Assembly: GCA_051439445.1 (NCBI GenBank)
Contig: JBFRWG010000063.1
Location: 1-31,401 of the forward strand
Length of the DNA: 31,401 bases
Direction: 5' to 3'
Source of the DNA: Crocosphaera sp.
GTDB lineage: Bacteria > Cyanobacteriota > Cyanobacteriia > Cyanobacteriales > Microcystaceae
Shown: positions 1 to 8,460 of the stretch, one piece after another
How positions within the stretch are numbered: position 1 is the first letter of the stretch
Layout: every line of letters begins with the position of its first letter
Translations under genes and position numbers: made by a program
Notes under the pieces: model-generated
What the model was told of the DNA's origin: nothing
Seen by the model: only the letters and a program-made list of their open reading frames with translations
Databases searched by the model: none

Positions 1-285
1 AACATTTTTACTTTCTTCTAACTCCATATTAGAAAAAAGAGTCCCCTCTTTAGCTAAAACATGGCGCATAAAAGGGGCGTAAGTTCCTTTTATATCAATG
101 GTTTCTTGACGACGAACTCCTCCTCCAAAACGAATAATAATAACTCTAGGTTGCTGATAAGAAAATTCTCTTTTTTTTGCTAGATATTGGAGAGATAAAG
201 AAGGATTAACTAACAGAGACGTTATTCCTACTGTACCCAGTTTGAGAGTTTGACGACGATTTACTTTATGGGTTTCTATACTCAT
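1..285 (-). CDS. 5' part of a gene for a twin-arginine (Tat) signal-bearing exported protein; the 3' end lies beyond the left edge of the window
   Basis: Not in the ORF track because there is no stop in the window. Minus-strand ATG at 285..283, open for 95 codons down to position 1: MSIETHKVNRRQTLKLGTVGITSLLVNPSLSLQYLAKKREFSYQQPRVIIIRFGGGVRRQETIDIKG... The N-R-R-Q-T-L-K motif followed by a hydrophobic stretch fits the Tat signal consensus. Mature-domain family not identified. Confidence 0.55.
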   Translation of the reverse strand, partial: MSIETHKVNRRQTLKLGTVGITSLLVNPSLSLQYLAKKREFSYQQPRVIIIRFGGGVRRQETIDIKGTYAPFMRHVLAKEGTLFSNMELEESKNV

Positions 286-401
286 GACTTTGATAGTTTT
301 AATAATATCAATTAATCAGTCACAGAATTGCAAAATTTGTAACTATTTGCTTATAATAAGATAATTATTAAATTTTTATTAAACAGGGGTAACTATTACA
401 A

Positions 402-1670
402 TTGATGCTACTATTTTCCCTATACAGCTCCCTATTGGCCAGTATAAATGATCCGCAAAGAGCCAATATAGATTACTCTGCTCATAACACGACTTTTTTA
501 GACCTATTAGCTAAAAATGACAATTTTTCCCAATTTTCTAGGCTGGATAAAAGTTTACAACTCATTAACGAGATAGAAAGTCCATTAGTCAAAGTTATGG
601 TATTAAATGACCTTGCCTTATCTTATGCTAAATTAGGTAAGCTCGATAAAGCTAGAGAAATATTAGCGCAATCTTTCCTCATTGCATCTACTTTTGAAAA
701 AATAGAATTAAAAGTTAGAGAAATGACTAATATTGCTAGTCATTATCAGAAAATCGGACAAACGGATGAATCTCTTAAAATTTTAGAAAATACTATTAAT
801 CTTGTCAATAGTATTGAAGAAAACTTATTACAGGGACAATTATTATTACATCTTTCTTTTAAATATGAAGAATTAGGGCAAAAAGAAAAAGCTAAAAGCT
901 TATTATCACAAAGTCAAACCCTCATCTCAAAAGCATCTCAACCTTTATCAGACTTTCCTTTTCAGGAAACTCCTACTCAATTTAAGTTAGGATTTACAGG
1001 AAATGTTACCTCTTTTCGTGACACTACTGGTTTTTTCGGGACTAATATTGATTACTCAAAACAATGGTCAGAGGATGATATTTTTGTAGAGGGGCAACTG
1101 TCTTTTAGTTTTGATAGTAGTCGTACAGTTAATAACTATCGACCACAAAGTTTTCTAGTTGCTGTTTACCGTAATCATTTTAATGCTGATTGGAATTTTT
1201 TTATAACTTTTTTTAATAGTGTGAATGAAAATCGATTTTCTTCTAGGAATGATGATGAGGATTTAACAGTGATTAGTGGTCTTTGGTTCGGACCATCCTT
1301 AAATTTATGGCAGGGAGGTTCTAATCAGAAGTTTTTAGACTTACAAATAGGTATGGGACCTCGTTATGAGTATGATTATATTGACTTTGAAACGAGGAAA
1401 AATGAAGTTAACCCAACTCTGGGAATTATTCTGATGGGGAAGGGTTTCTCTCTTGGAAAAGTCACGATGGATCAAAAATTTGGTTTTGTTCCAGCTTTAG
1501 ATGATTTTAACGAATATGTTATCAATTCTAATAGTAAGATTTCCTTTAGTTTAACTGAAAGGTGGTCATTTGTTAATCGTTTATTTGTGCGTTATCGTAA
1601 TCAAAGAATATTGGAAGAAAATCCTAAAGTGAATTTCTTTTTTTCTACTGGTTTAGAATATAATTTTTAA
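402..1670 (+). CDS. Two-part protein: N-terminal TPR-like helical repeats plus C-terminal predicted outer-membrane beta-barrel (possibly DUF481/YdiY-like)
   Basis: aa ~60-175 show repeated TPR-like units (LNDLALSYAKLGKLDKAREIL, MTNIASHYQKIGQTDESLKIL, LLLHLSFKYEELGQKEKAKSLL). aa ~190-422 have an alternating beta-strand pattern rich in G/N/S/Y/F/W/R and end in ...FFFSTGLEYNF; a terminal aromatic residue is typical of OM barrels. The N-terminus is only weakly signal-peptide-like. Start is TTG 402 or ATG 405. The DUF481 name is from memory only. Confidence 0.6.
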   Translation: MMLLFSLYSSLLASINDPQRANIDYSAHNTTFLDLLAKNDNFSQFSRLDKSLQLINEIESPLVKVMVLNDLALSYAKLGKLDKAREILAQSFLIASTFEKIELKVREMTNIASHYQKIGQTDESLKILENTINLVNSIEENLLQGQLLLHLSFKYEELGQKEKAKSLLSQSQTLISKASQPLSDFPFQETPTQFKLGFTGNVTSFRDTTGFFGTNIDYSKQWSEDDIFVEGQLSFSFDSSRTVNNYRPQSFLVAVYRNHFNADWNFFITFFNSVNENRFSSRNDDEDLTVISGLWFGPSLNLWQGGSNQKFLDLQIGMGPRYEYDYIDFETRKNEVNPTLGIILMGKGFSLGKVTMDQKFGFVPALDDFNEYVINSNSKISFSLTERWSFVNRLFVRYRNQRILEENPKVNFFFSTGLEYNF

Positions 1671-1702
1671 TTCCTAGTTAAAAATTCATCTTAGAGGTTC
1701 CG

Positions 1703-3796
1703 ATGAACAATTATTTATTATTTAAACAAGTCATTAAACTGATCATTATTTTCGGCTTAACTGTAAGCTTTATATTAACTAGGCCAACCCCTAGTATAGG
1801 ACAAATGTCTCTCTTTACAGCACCGACAAAAAATCCCAGAACTGAAACACCACCTTGGGATCTAAATCAGGCTTATACTTGTGGAAGATTTTGGTGTAGT
1901 AATGTTCATATTTATGATGATACTGCTAACTTCAGAAAGACTTTATTGACTCCTGAATTAACGGTAGCAGCCTTAAAAAAGCTAAATCAACCTCTAGAAA
2001 TTCCTCAAGAATTAGAGCAACGAGCAAAATTAATTGAAGGTGTTTTTAATAGCATTTTTCTGAATATTATTGAGCAAGAAAATATTAAAGAAGATAATTA
2101 TATACAAGAGGATATTCAGTTTTGGTTACCAAAAAGTTTAAAAAAATTGTTTAATTTTTCTCAAATAAAACCTTATCATCCTTGGACACCACAAGTTGAA
2201 ATTGGCATGAGAAACAATCACACAGTTATCTATACTCCCGAACAATTTGAGTTAGGCATTCCAGCACAAACAATTGTTACAGTAACTTCAATAGATGCGA
2301 AAGCCAATAGAACAACTATTGATAAATTAGCAAAAAATTGGCAAAGAGCAATTCGTTTATCTTTCAGCACTGCTTTTTGGGGATATGAATTTGATCGGAA
2401 ATATTTTGGGTTACGATGGGTTAATGCAGCTATAATTTTAGTGATTACATTGCTCATTATAGGGTTAATTGAATTTTTCCAAACCTTCATTAAAAAATAT
2501 ACTAATCATCTCAGACATGAACTGCAAAAACTGACTAAGGAAATGGCAGTTTATGGTGAAGCAATTGGTTCTAGTAATCATCGGATATCTGTTGATTTTG
2601 AGCAGGTTTCAGAGCCATTAGATAAGGAAAGGATTGAAAAACAGAAAAATCACAAAAAATTGATCAAAAAAATAAAAGTGTTTTTAAAAATTTTCATGAT
2701 TCCATATATTAGTATTAGAAAACTAATAAAAAAAAATAAGTGGCTATATTCTACGTTAAAGCATTCTCAACAAAAGCTATTTTTAAGACAGCAAACTTGG
2801 ATTAAACAAAAGAGTAATTTTAGTAAATTGCTACTCAGTATCTTGTTATTGTTACAACTATTAACGATGGCTTTTGGCTTAACAATAATAATATTTATCT
2901 TTCGCTCAACTCGCTTTTTTTCAGTCTATCTTCTAGGAGAAACAACAATTTTAATTGTCTTCTGGATTAGCTTAATTTTAGTCGATAAAATCTTAGATTT
3001 TATTGTTGATTATAGTCTTAATCGTTGGGCAAATGAAGCCCAAATTATTAATCCTGAATCTAATCGCTATACCTTACGAATTAATACTTATTCTGTTACT
3101 CTTAAACAAGGGAAAACTTTTATTATTTTGATTTTAGGATTTTATAGTAGTATCTGGTTAATAGGGTTTAATCCTTCTGTGTTAGCTGGAGCAGGAATTT
3201 TAACAGTTGCTATTGCTTTTTTGTCTCGAAATTTATTAGAAGATATGCTCAATGGTATCTTAATTTTATGGACTGATCGCTATGCTATTGGTGATGTTAT
3301 TGATGTGAATGGGATGGGAGGATTAGTTGAAAATATTAATTTATTTGTCACTTCTTTACGGAATTTAGATGGACAAGTGATTGCAATTCCTAATAGTAAA
3401 ATTTCCACAGTTATTAATCATACTAAAGATTGGTCGAGAGTTAATTTGACGATCAAAATTGCTTGGCATGAAAACATTAAAAAAGCGATAAAAATTATGA
3501 TTCAAGTCGCTCATGAAATGCAAAATGAAGCAGAATGGAGTTATAAGTTTCTGGAACCTTTAGAAGTTCTAGGGGTTGATGAAGTTTCCCATGAAGGGAT
3601 ATTAATTCATATTCTAATTAAATCTAAACCTAGTGAACATTGGTCTGTTGGTCGAGAATTTCGCTTACGAGTTAAAGAAGCATTTGACAAGGAAAATATT
3701 ACTTTGGGAATTCCCCATCATACAGTTTCTCTTATCAATAATTCTGATAAAAGTGATCAATTATTATCTTATAATGTTCCCAAAGAAGACAATTAA
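1703..3796 (+). CDS. Large MscS-family mechanosensitive ion channel with an extended N-terminal (periplasmic) domain
   Basis: C-terminal third carries the MscS core (FLSRNLLEDMLNGILILWTDRYAIGDVIDVNGMGGLVENINLFVTSLRNLDGQVIAIPNSKISTVINHTKDWSRV). Several hydrophobic TM segments precede it, and there is an N-terminal signal/anchor (LIIIFGLTVSFIL). Starts 33 nt after the upstream gene. Paralog at 14164..16293. Confidence 0.9.
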   Translation: MNNYLLFKQVIKLIIIFGLTVSFILTRPTPSIGQMSLFTAPTKNPRTETPPWDLNQAYTCGRFWCSNVHIYDDTANFRKTLLTPELTVAALKKLNQPLEIPQELEQRAKLIEGVFNSIFLNIIEQENIKEDNYIQEDIQFWLPKSLKKLFNFSQIKPYHPWTPQVEIGMRNNHTVIYTPEQFELGIPAQTIVTVTSIDAKANRTTIDKLAKNWQRAIRLSFSTAFWGYEFDRKYFGLRWVNAAIILVITLLIIGLIEFFQTFIKKYTNHLRHELQKLTKEMAVYGEAIGSSNHRISVDFEQVSEPLDKERIEKQKNHKKLIKKIKVFLKIFMIPYISIRKLIKKNKWLYSTLKHSQQKLFLRQQTWIKQKSNFSKLLLSILLLLQLLTMAFGLTIIIFIFRSTRFFSVYLLGETTILIVFWISLILVDKILDFIVDYSLNRWANEAQIINPESNRYTLRINTYSVTLKQGKTFIILILGFYSSIWLIGFNPSVLAGAGILTVAIAFLSRNLLEDMLNGILILWTDRYAIGDVIDVNGMGGLVENINLFVTSLRNLDGQVIAIPNSKISTVINHTKDWSRVNLTIKIAWHENIKKAIKIMIQVAHEMQNEAEWSYKFLEPLEVLGVDEVSHEGILIHILIKSKPSEHWSVGREFRLRVKEAFDKENITLGIPHHTVSLINNSDKSDQLLSYNVPKEDN

Positions 3797-5436
3797 ATAG
3801 CTAATAATGGCGCAGCATTTAATAACTTTTGAGTATAGGAATGTTCGGGGGATTGAAATAGCTTTTCAGTTTCATTAATTTCTACTATTTTACCTTGATT
3901 CATTACCGCAATACGATGACAGAAGAAACGCGCTACCCAAAGATCATGAGTAATAAATAAATAGGTTAAGTCAAAGTCATCTTTTAACTCTGACATTAAC
4001 TCTAAAACTTGTGCTTGTACACTCGCATCTAACATACTAACAGGTTCATCACAAATGACTAATTTAGGTTTAGTAATTAATGCTCTCGCAATGGCAACTC
4101 GTTGTTGTTGTCCTCCTGACAATGCTTTTGGATAACGGTTATAATAGTCTTCAACAGGGGTTAATTTAACTCGTTCTAGCATGGTAAATACTTCTTTTTT
4201 TGCTGTTTCTGCTGTGGCTAACTGATGAATAAATAAGGGATCGGCAATATTTTGTCCTACTGTCATTAAGGGGTTTAAACAAGCGTGAGGATCTTGGAAA
4301 ATCATCTGTAGTTGACGACGTTTTAAACGCATTTCTTTTTCAGAAAGTTGGGTTAAATCTTCTCCTAAAAAATCGATAGTTCCTGATGTCGCTTTTAACA
4401 ACTGTAAAATGGTTCGAGATAGGGTACTTTTTCCACAACCAGACTCACCGACTAACCCTAAAATTTCTCCTGAGTGTAACTCAAAGCTAACATCATCTAC
4501 TGCTTTAATTACTTCTGTTTCTTTTGAAAAAAATTGTTGAATAAAATTGCCTTCTAAGGAAAAATATTGTTTTAAATTATTGACAGTTAAAATTGGTTGT
4601 GTAGAAGTTGCATCTGCTTCCCATGTTTCTGCATTATTAATGTCATCTTCGTCTACTTGAACGTGCAAAGCTGCTTTTAATAAAGACTTGGTATATTCAT
4701 GTTGGGGATGATGCAAAATATCACCCATTTTACCCATTTCTACAATTTTACCTGCATTCATAACAGCCAAGCGATCGCAGTATTCTCCCACCATTGCTAA
4801 GTCATGGGAAATTAATAATAACCCCATCTCTTCCTCTTCACACAGACGGGTTAATTCTTGCAAGATTTCCGCAGCAACTGTAACATCTAAAGCAGTGGTG
4901 GGTTCATCAGCAATAATCATTTTTGGGTTTAATAATAATGCTAAGGCCATCGCAACCCGTTGTCGCATTCCCCCACTAAACTCATGGGGATATTGTCCCC
5001 AACGTTTGGGAGGAATTTTAACTTTTTCTAAGGTTTGAACTGCAACATTTTTTGCTTCTTTATGAGATAATTCTGAACGATGAGCTTGCAGGGTTTCTAA
5101 ACAATGGTCTCCAATGGTCATTAAGGGGTCAAGACGAGTCATGGGATCTTGGAACACTAATCCTACTACTTCCCCGCGAAACTTCCTTAAGGCTTCATGA
5201 TTTAAACTGAAAATAGAGTCTCTCTTAAACTCGATTTTTCCTTCTATTTGTGTTAAGTTTGGCAGCAATCCGAGAACAGCACGACCAATGGTGGACTTAC
5301 CACAACCAGACTCTCCCACCAAACCCAGTTTTTCTCCTTTATCTAGAGTAAAAGAAACTTCATCCACTGCCCAAGTTGTACTATGAGGGTATTGTATGCA
5401 CAACTTGTCAACACAAAATAAGGGTTGTCCGTTCAT
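3793..5436 (-). CDS. ABC transporter ATP-binding protein with two fused ATPase domains (DppD/DppF-, GsiA/YejF-like)
   Basis: Two Walker A motifs (GESGCGKST twice), two ABC signatures (FSGGMRQRV, LSGGQQQRV) and two Walker B motifs (IIADEPTTALD, VICDEPVSMLD). No permease or binding-protein gene is adjacent. Confidence 0.92.
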   Translation of the reverse strand: MNGQPLFCVDKLCIQYPHSTTWAVDEVSFTLDKGEKLGLVGESGCGKSTIGRAVLGLLPNLTQIEGKIEFKRDSIFSLNHEALRKFRGEVVGLVFQDPMTRLDPLMTIGDHCLETLQAHRSELSHKEAKNVAVQTLEKVKIPPKRWGQYPHEFSGGMRQRVAMALALLLNPKMIIADEPTTALDVTVAAEILQELTRLCEEEEMGLLLISHDLAMVGEYCDRLAVMNAGKIVEMGKMGDILHHPQHEYTKSLLKAALHVQVDEDDINNAETWEADATSTQPILTVNNLKQYFSLEGNFIQQFFSKETEVIKAVDDVSFELHSGEILGLVGESGCGKSTLSRTILQLLKATSGTIDFLGEDLTQLSEKEMRLKRRQLQMIFQDPHACLNPLMTVGQNIADPLFIHQLATAETAKKEVFTMLERVKLTPVEDYYNRYPKALSGGQQQRVAIARALITKPKLVICDEPVSMLDASVQAQVLELMSELKDDFDLTYLFITHDLWVARFFCHRIAVMNQGKIVEINETEKLFQSPEHSYTQKLLNAAPLLAI

Positions 5437-5513
5437 TTGTTAAATTTTTTATAGGTATATCAATAATTGCTAGTCTAACACTAGACAGCTAATTAAATAT
5501 GACCTAAAAATAA

Positions 5514-5609
5514 ATGATCAGAGAAATTACCTCAGAGATGCATAATATTATTAAGTCTCTAAAATTAGGCTGGTATAGAAGTTATAATAAGATTATAAAG
5601 ATTAGCTAA
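5514..5609 (+). pseudogene. Possible remnant of a HicA-type toxin gene (31 codons only)
   Basis: Hand translation gives MIREITSEMHNIIKSLKLGWYRSYNKIIKIS*. The ..(I/V)IKxLxxxGWY.. pattern resembles the N-terminus of HicA/YcfA toxins, but the conserved GSH region is missing. It lies 17 nt upstream of the hicB-like reading frame, the usual hicA-hicB order. Weak evidence. Confidence 0.3.
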
Positions 5610-5626
5610 TAATTGTTTATCCTTCT

Positions 5627-5870
5627 ATGTTGACTAAATATATCGCTACTGCAATGCAAAAGGCAACTTATGAATTATTAGAGGATGGAACTTTTTATGG
5701 AGAAATTCCTCAGTGTGAAGGAGTTTGGAGTAATGCTAATACTTTAGAAACTTGTCGGGAAGATTTGCAAGATGCACGCTTATGGTTGGATAATATTAGG
5801 GTTTCGTAATGGTCATTCTTTTCCTATTATTGACGGTATTGATCTCAATGTAATGGAAGAGGTCGCCTAA
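5627..5870 (+). pseudogene. HicB-like (UPF0150-type) antitoxin gene interrupted by a +1 frameshift
   Basis: Frame 1 (ORF track 5627..5809) reads MLTKYIATAMQKATYELLEDGTFYGEIPQCEGVWSNANTLETCREDLQDA and then runs into RLWLDNIRVS*. The +1 frame continues with the expected family C-terminus ..GWIILGFRNGHSFPIIDGIDLNVMEEVA*, with stop at 5868..5870. The frame switch must lie between about 5772 and 5786. Confidence 0.6.
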
Positions 5871-5927
5871 TATCATAGATATCAATTATACTATGTTTGT
5901 AGAATTGGTTGTTTACCGATAAAATAA

Positions 5928-6029
5928 ATGAGTATCAGCGAACTAAAAATTGAATTACCTACTGGACTGTCTCCAGAAGAAGCTAAACTATTATTAGCTA
6001 TAAAACTTTATAAAACGCATTATGAATAA
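5928..6029 (+). pseudogene. Truncated UPF0175-family antitoxin-like gene fragment (33 codons)
   Basis: Hand translation gives MSISELKIELPTGLSPEEAKLLLAIKLYKTHYE*. The IELP...LSxEE...LAIKLY pattern matches the N-terminal half of UPF0175 proteins, which normally continue ..ELGKLSxGxAAxLAG. Here similarity ends after LAIKLY and a stop follows, just before the inverted repeat at 6048..6104. Confidence 0.4.
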
Positions 6030-6047
6030 AATTACAAAACCTTGTAG

Positions 6048-6104
6048 GGTGGGCAAATTAGACACTTATCTAGACTAATTATAACCTAAAAAATATTGCC
6101 CACC
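6048..6104. repeat. Inverted repeat GGTGGGCAA ... TTGCCCACC (9-bp perfect arms, 39-nt spacer), reminiscent of small dispersed cyanobacterial palindromic repeats
   Basis: ggtgggcaa at 6048..6056 and its exact reverse complement ttgcccacc at 6096..6104. Flanking bases partly extend the pairing (tagg/ccta). It sits directly after the point where the UPF0175-like frame breaks down. Confidence 0.5.
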
Positions 6105-6190
6105 TAACCAAACCTATCTTTAATGTTACTTTTACAAACACTTTCCGATGACTGTACAGTTTACTTACTAAAAATATTTTATTTCATCAT

Positions 6191-6225
6191 ACATCAGCCC
6201 CAGTTAACTTAACTAGGGCTGATGT
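6191..6225. terminator. 35-nt near-perfect palindrome / stem-loop in the convergent spacer downstream of the HAD phosphatase gene
   Basis: acatcagccc (6191..6200) pairs perfectly with gggctgatgt (6216..6225). The inner part cagttaacttaacta is itself nearly palindromic, giving 17 bp per arm with one mismatch. There is no clear U-tract, so terminator function is uncertain. Confidence 0.35.
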
Positions 6226-6349
6226 ATTATAGGGTTTGATAATGGCTGTTTATAGTTAGGGTCTTTATATCGGCTGACCCCATTTGAAACTGTCTACATA
6301 ATTGCTTAAGTTTTGCCAAAAGTTACATTTCTTAATTATTTCTTTATAT

Positions 6350-6907
6350 TTAGTTTTTCATCTTTTTGTGGCGTTTTGTGAACTTATGTTTCGGGGACAT
6401 CAGAGAAACCCCCAATTTTTGGGAGATCCAGACCTCAATATTATGGATAGGATAGGAACGAGCAGCAACAGCAGGATCAACCATCGGATCGACAAGGATA
6501 GTAAACATTCCTAAACGGTTTCCTGCTAAAACATCGGTAAACAAGCGATCGCCTACCATAGCAACTTGAGAGATGGGCAGTTCCATAGCACGAATAGCCT
6601 TACGGAGTTTGCGTCGAGAAGGTTTCCCCGCACCAAAAATATAAGGTAACCCTAAAGAGTCAGCAATGCGACCAATGCGGTTCTCACTGATATTATTACT
6701 CACCAACCAAATAGGAAGAGGTTGTCGAATGTGATCAACCCATTGTCGTAACTCCTCAGACACATAAGCTTTTTTCAGAGGGACAAGGGTTTCATCCACA
6801 TCTAAGACTAATCCCTTAATCTGATAATAATCGAGAATTTCTCTGGTCAAACCGAGAACCGTATCGCCTAAAATTAGATCAGGCTGTAAGAGTTTTGCCT
6901 TAGACAT
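6350..6907 (-). CDS. YqeG-family HAD superfamily (subfamily IIIA) phosphatase
   Basis: DxDxT nucleophile motif in GLVLDVDETLVP, followed by WLVSNN (motif II-like) and MVGDRLFTDVLAGN (motif IV GDxxxTD). Size and motif order match YqeG-type phosphatases. Confidence 0.85.
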   Translation of the reverse strand: MSKAKLLQPDLILGDTVLGLTREILDYYQIKGLVLDVDETLVPLKKAYVSEELRQWVDHIRQPLPIWLVSNNISENRIGRIADSLGLPYIFGAGKPSRRKLRKAIRAMELPISQVAMVGDRLFTDVLAGNRLGMFTILVDPMVDPAVAARSYPIHNIEVWISQKLGVSLMSPKHKFTKRHKKMKN

Positions 6908-7102
6908 AAACTGTATTTATTACTCAAAATTGTCCATTATCGCTCTATTCCATTTTAGTTGATCCTGAGTCCCTCTCGTTTTTTACATTAATTAACTAAA
7001 ATTTATTTATCTTTATTTTTAACAACAAAAGTACATTTTGACGTTATAAAAATATACAAAAAAAAGTGGATCATTGCCAAGAAATGTAAATATACTTATG
7101 AA

Positions 7103-7131
7103 ATAACAAGGCAGGTAGTTATTGTTACAAT
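7103..7131 (+). promoter_or_regulatory. Putative sigma70-type promoter of psbA
   Basis: ATAACA (7103..7108), a 17-nt spacer, then TACAAT (7126..7131). This would give a leader of about 35-40 nt without a Shine-Dalgarno sequence, as is usual for psbA. Pattern match only. Confidence 0.3.
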
Positions 7132-7171
7132 CTGTCCTTAATTATTGTTGTGATTCCGTTATTATTTACCT

Positions 7172-8233
7172 ATGACAACCACCATACAAAGCCAAAATCC
7201 TTCCCTCTGGGAACGGTTTTGTCAGTGGATAACTAGCACTAATAACCGCTTATATATCGGCTGGTTTGGCGTGATTCTTATCCCCACATTATTAACCGCA
7301 ACCATCTGCTTTATCATCGCTTTTATCGCTGCGCCTCCCGTTGACATCGATGGTATTCGCGAACCCGTTGCCGGCTCCCTGCTCTATGGAAATAATATTA
7401 TTTCTGGTGCAGTGGTTCCTTCTTCCAATGCGATTGGGTTACACTTCTATCCCATCTGGGAAGCAGCATCCCTTGATGAATGGTTGTACAATGGCGGTCC
7501 TTATCAGTTAGTCATTTTCCATTTTCTCATTGGTGTTTTCTGCTGGATGGGAAGACAATGGGAACTATCCTATCGTTTAGGAATGCGTCCCTGGATCTGT
7601 GTTGCTTATAGCGCACCTGTATCTGCCGCTACTGCTGTATTCTTAATCTATCCCATTGGACAAGGTTCCTTCTCCGATGGAATGCCATTAGGTATCAGTG
7701 GAACCTTTAACTTTATGTTTGTGTTCCAAGCAGAACATAACATTTTGATGCACCCCTTCCATATGTTGGGTGTTGCAGGTGTCTTCGGTGGTGCTTTATT
7801 CTCTGCCATGCACGGAAGTTTAGTCACCTCCAGTTTAGTTCGTGAAACAACGGAAACCGAGTCCCAAAATTACGGTTATAAGTTTGGACAAGAAGAAGAA
7901 ACCTATAACATTGTGGCTGCTCATGGTTACTTTGGTCGTTTAATCTTCCAATATGCTTCCTTTAACAATAGTCGTGCTTTACACTTCTTCTTAGGAGCGT
8001 GGCCGGTTATTGGTATTTGGTTTACTGCCATGGGAGTCTCCACCATGGCCTTTAATCTCAATGGATTTAACTTTAATCAATCCATTTTAGATTCACAAGG
8101 TCGTGTGATTGGCACTTGGGCCGACGTTCTCAACCGTGCAGGGATTGGTATGGAAGTGATGCACGAACGCAATGCTCATAACTTCCCCTTAGACTTAGCT
8201 AGTGGTGAACAGACTTTAATTGCTAAACGTTAA
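7172..8233 (+). CDS. psbA: Photosystem II reaction-centre protein D1 (Q130 / D1:1-like form) with a short C-terminal extension
   Basis: Near-identical to canonical D1 over its whole length (…[63 protein letters not shown]…[23 protein letters not shown]…[16 protein letters not shown]). Mn4CaO5 and cofactor ligand positions are present (D170, E189, H190, H198, H332, E333, H337, D342, A344 in standard numbering). Confidence 0.98.
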   Translation: MTTTIQSQNPSLWERFCQWITSTNNRLYIGWFGVILIPTLLTATICFIIAFIAAPPVDIDGIREPVAGSLLYGNNIISGAVVPSSNAIGLHFYPIWEAASLDEWLYNGGPYQLVIFHFLIGVFCWMGRQWELSYRLGMRPWICVAYSAPVSAATAVFLIYPIGQGSFSDGMPLGISGTFNFMFVFQAEHNILMHPFHMLGVAGVFGGALFSAMHGSLVTSSLVRETTETESQNYGYKFGQEEETYNIVAAHGYFGRLIFQYASFNNSRALHFFLGAWPVIGIWFTAMGVSTMAFNLNGFNFNQSILDSQGRVIGTWADVLNRAGIGMEVMHERNAHNFPLDLASGEQTLIAKR

Positions 8234-8256
8234 ATCTCGAAACCCTTATCTAATTG

Positions 8257-8293
8257 AAACCCCATCTAAGAATTTTGGATGGGGTTTTGTTTT
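8257..8293 (+). terminator. Rho-independent terminator of psbA
   Basis: aaaccccatc (8257..8266) pairs perfectly with gatggggttt (8278..8287) across an 11-nt loop, followed by a T-rich tail ttttgtttt. It lies 24 nt after the psbA stop. Confidence 0.8.
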
Positions 8294-8460
8294 GGAACAA
8301 AAATCATTAGTGCTTTTGTGTTTATAGTATTGCTGTCCTTTTTCCCACAGTTCCCACACCCCACACCTCCCATCTCTAGAACGTTTTGCGCTACCATATT
8401 ACCCATAGGGTTGATGAAGCCCTAAATATTGCCCACATTAGCTAAAGAAAGGGGGCGAAC

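Noticed and set aside
2230-2490. 86-aa minus-strand ORF inside the first MscS gene
   Set aside because: It lies entirely antisense to a well-supported CDS with no independent signals. This is a typical shadow ORF.
6302-6514. 70-aa plus-strand ORF overlapping the 3' end of the HAD phosphatase gene
   Set aside because: It is antisense to a well-supported CDS and its translation is low-complexity.
7172-8233. Possibility that this psbA is a 'rogue/sentinel' (rD1) or microaerobic D1' isoform
   Set aside because: All residues that ligate the Mn4CaO5 cluster and the cofactors (D170, E189, H190, H198, H332, E333, H337, D342, A344 equivalents) are present, and F158 is retained. Only the cleaved C-terminal extension and a few conservative positions differ.
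6091-8436. Shared 13-mer aaatattgcccac at 6091..6103 and 8424..8436 as evidence of a dispersed repeat
   Set aside because: A rough estimate gives several chance 13-mer matches among all position pairs in a 31-kb AT-biased sequence. The second copy also lacks the inverted partner arm.
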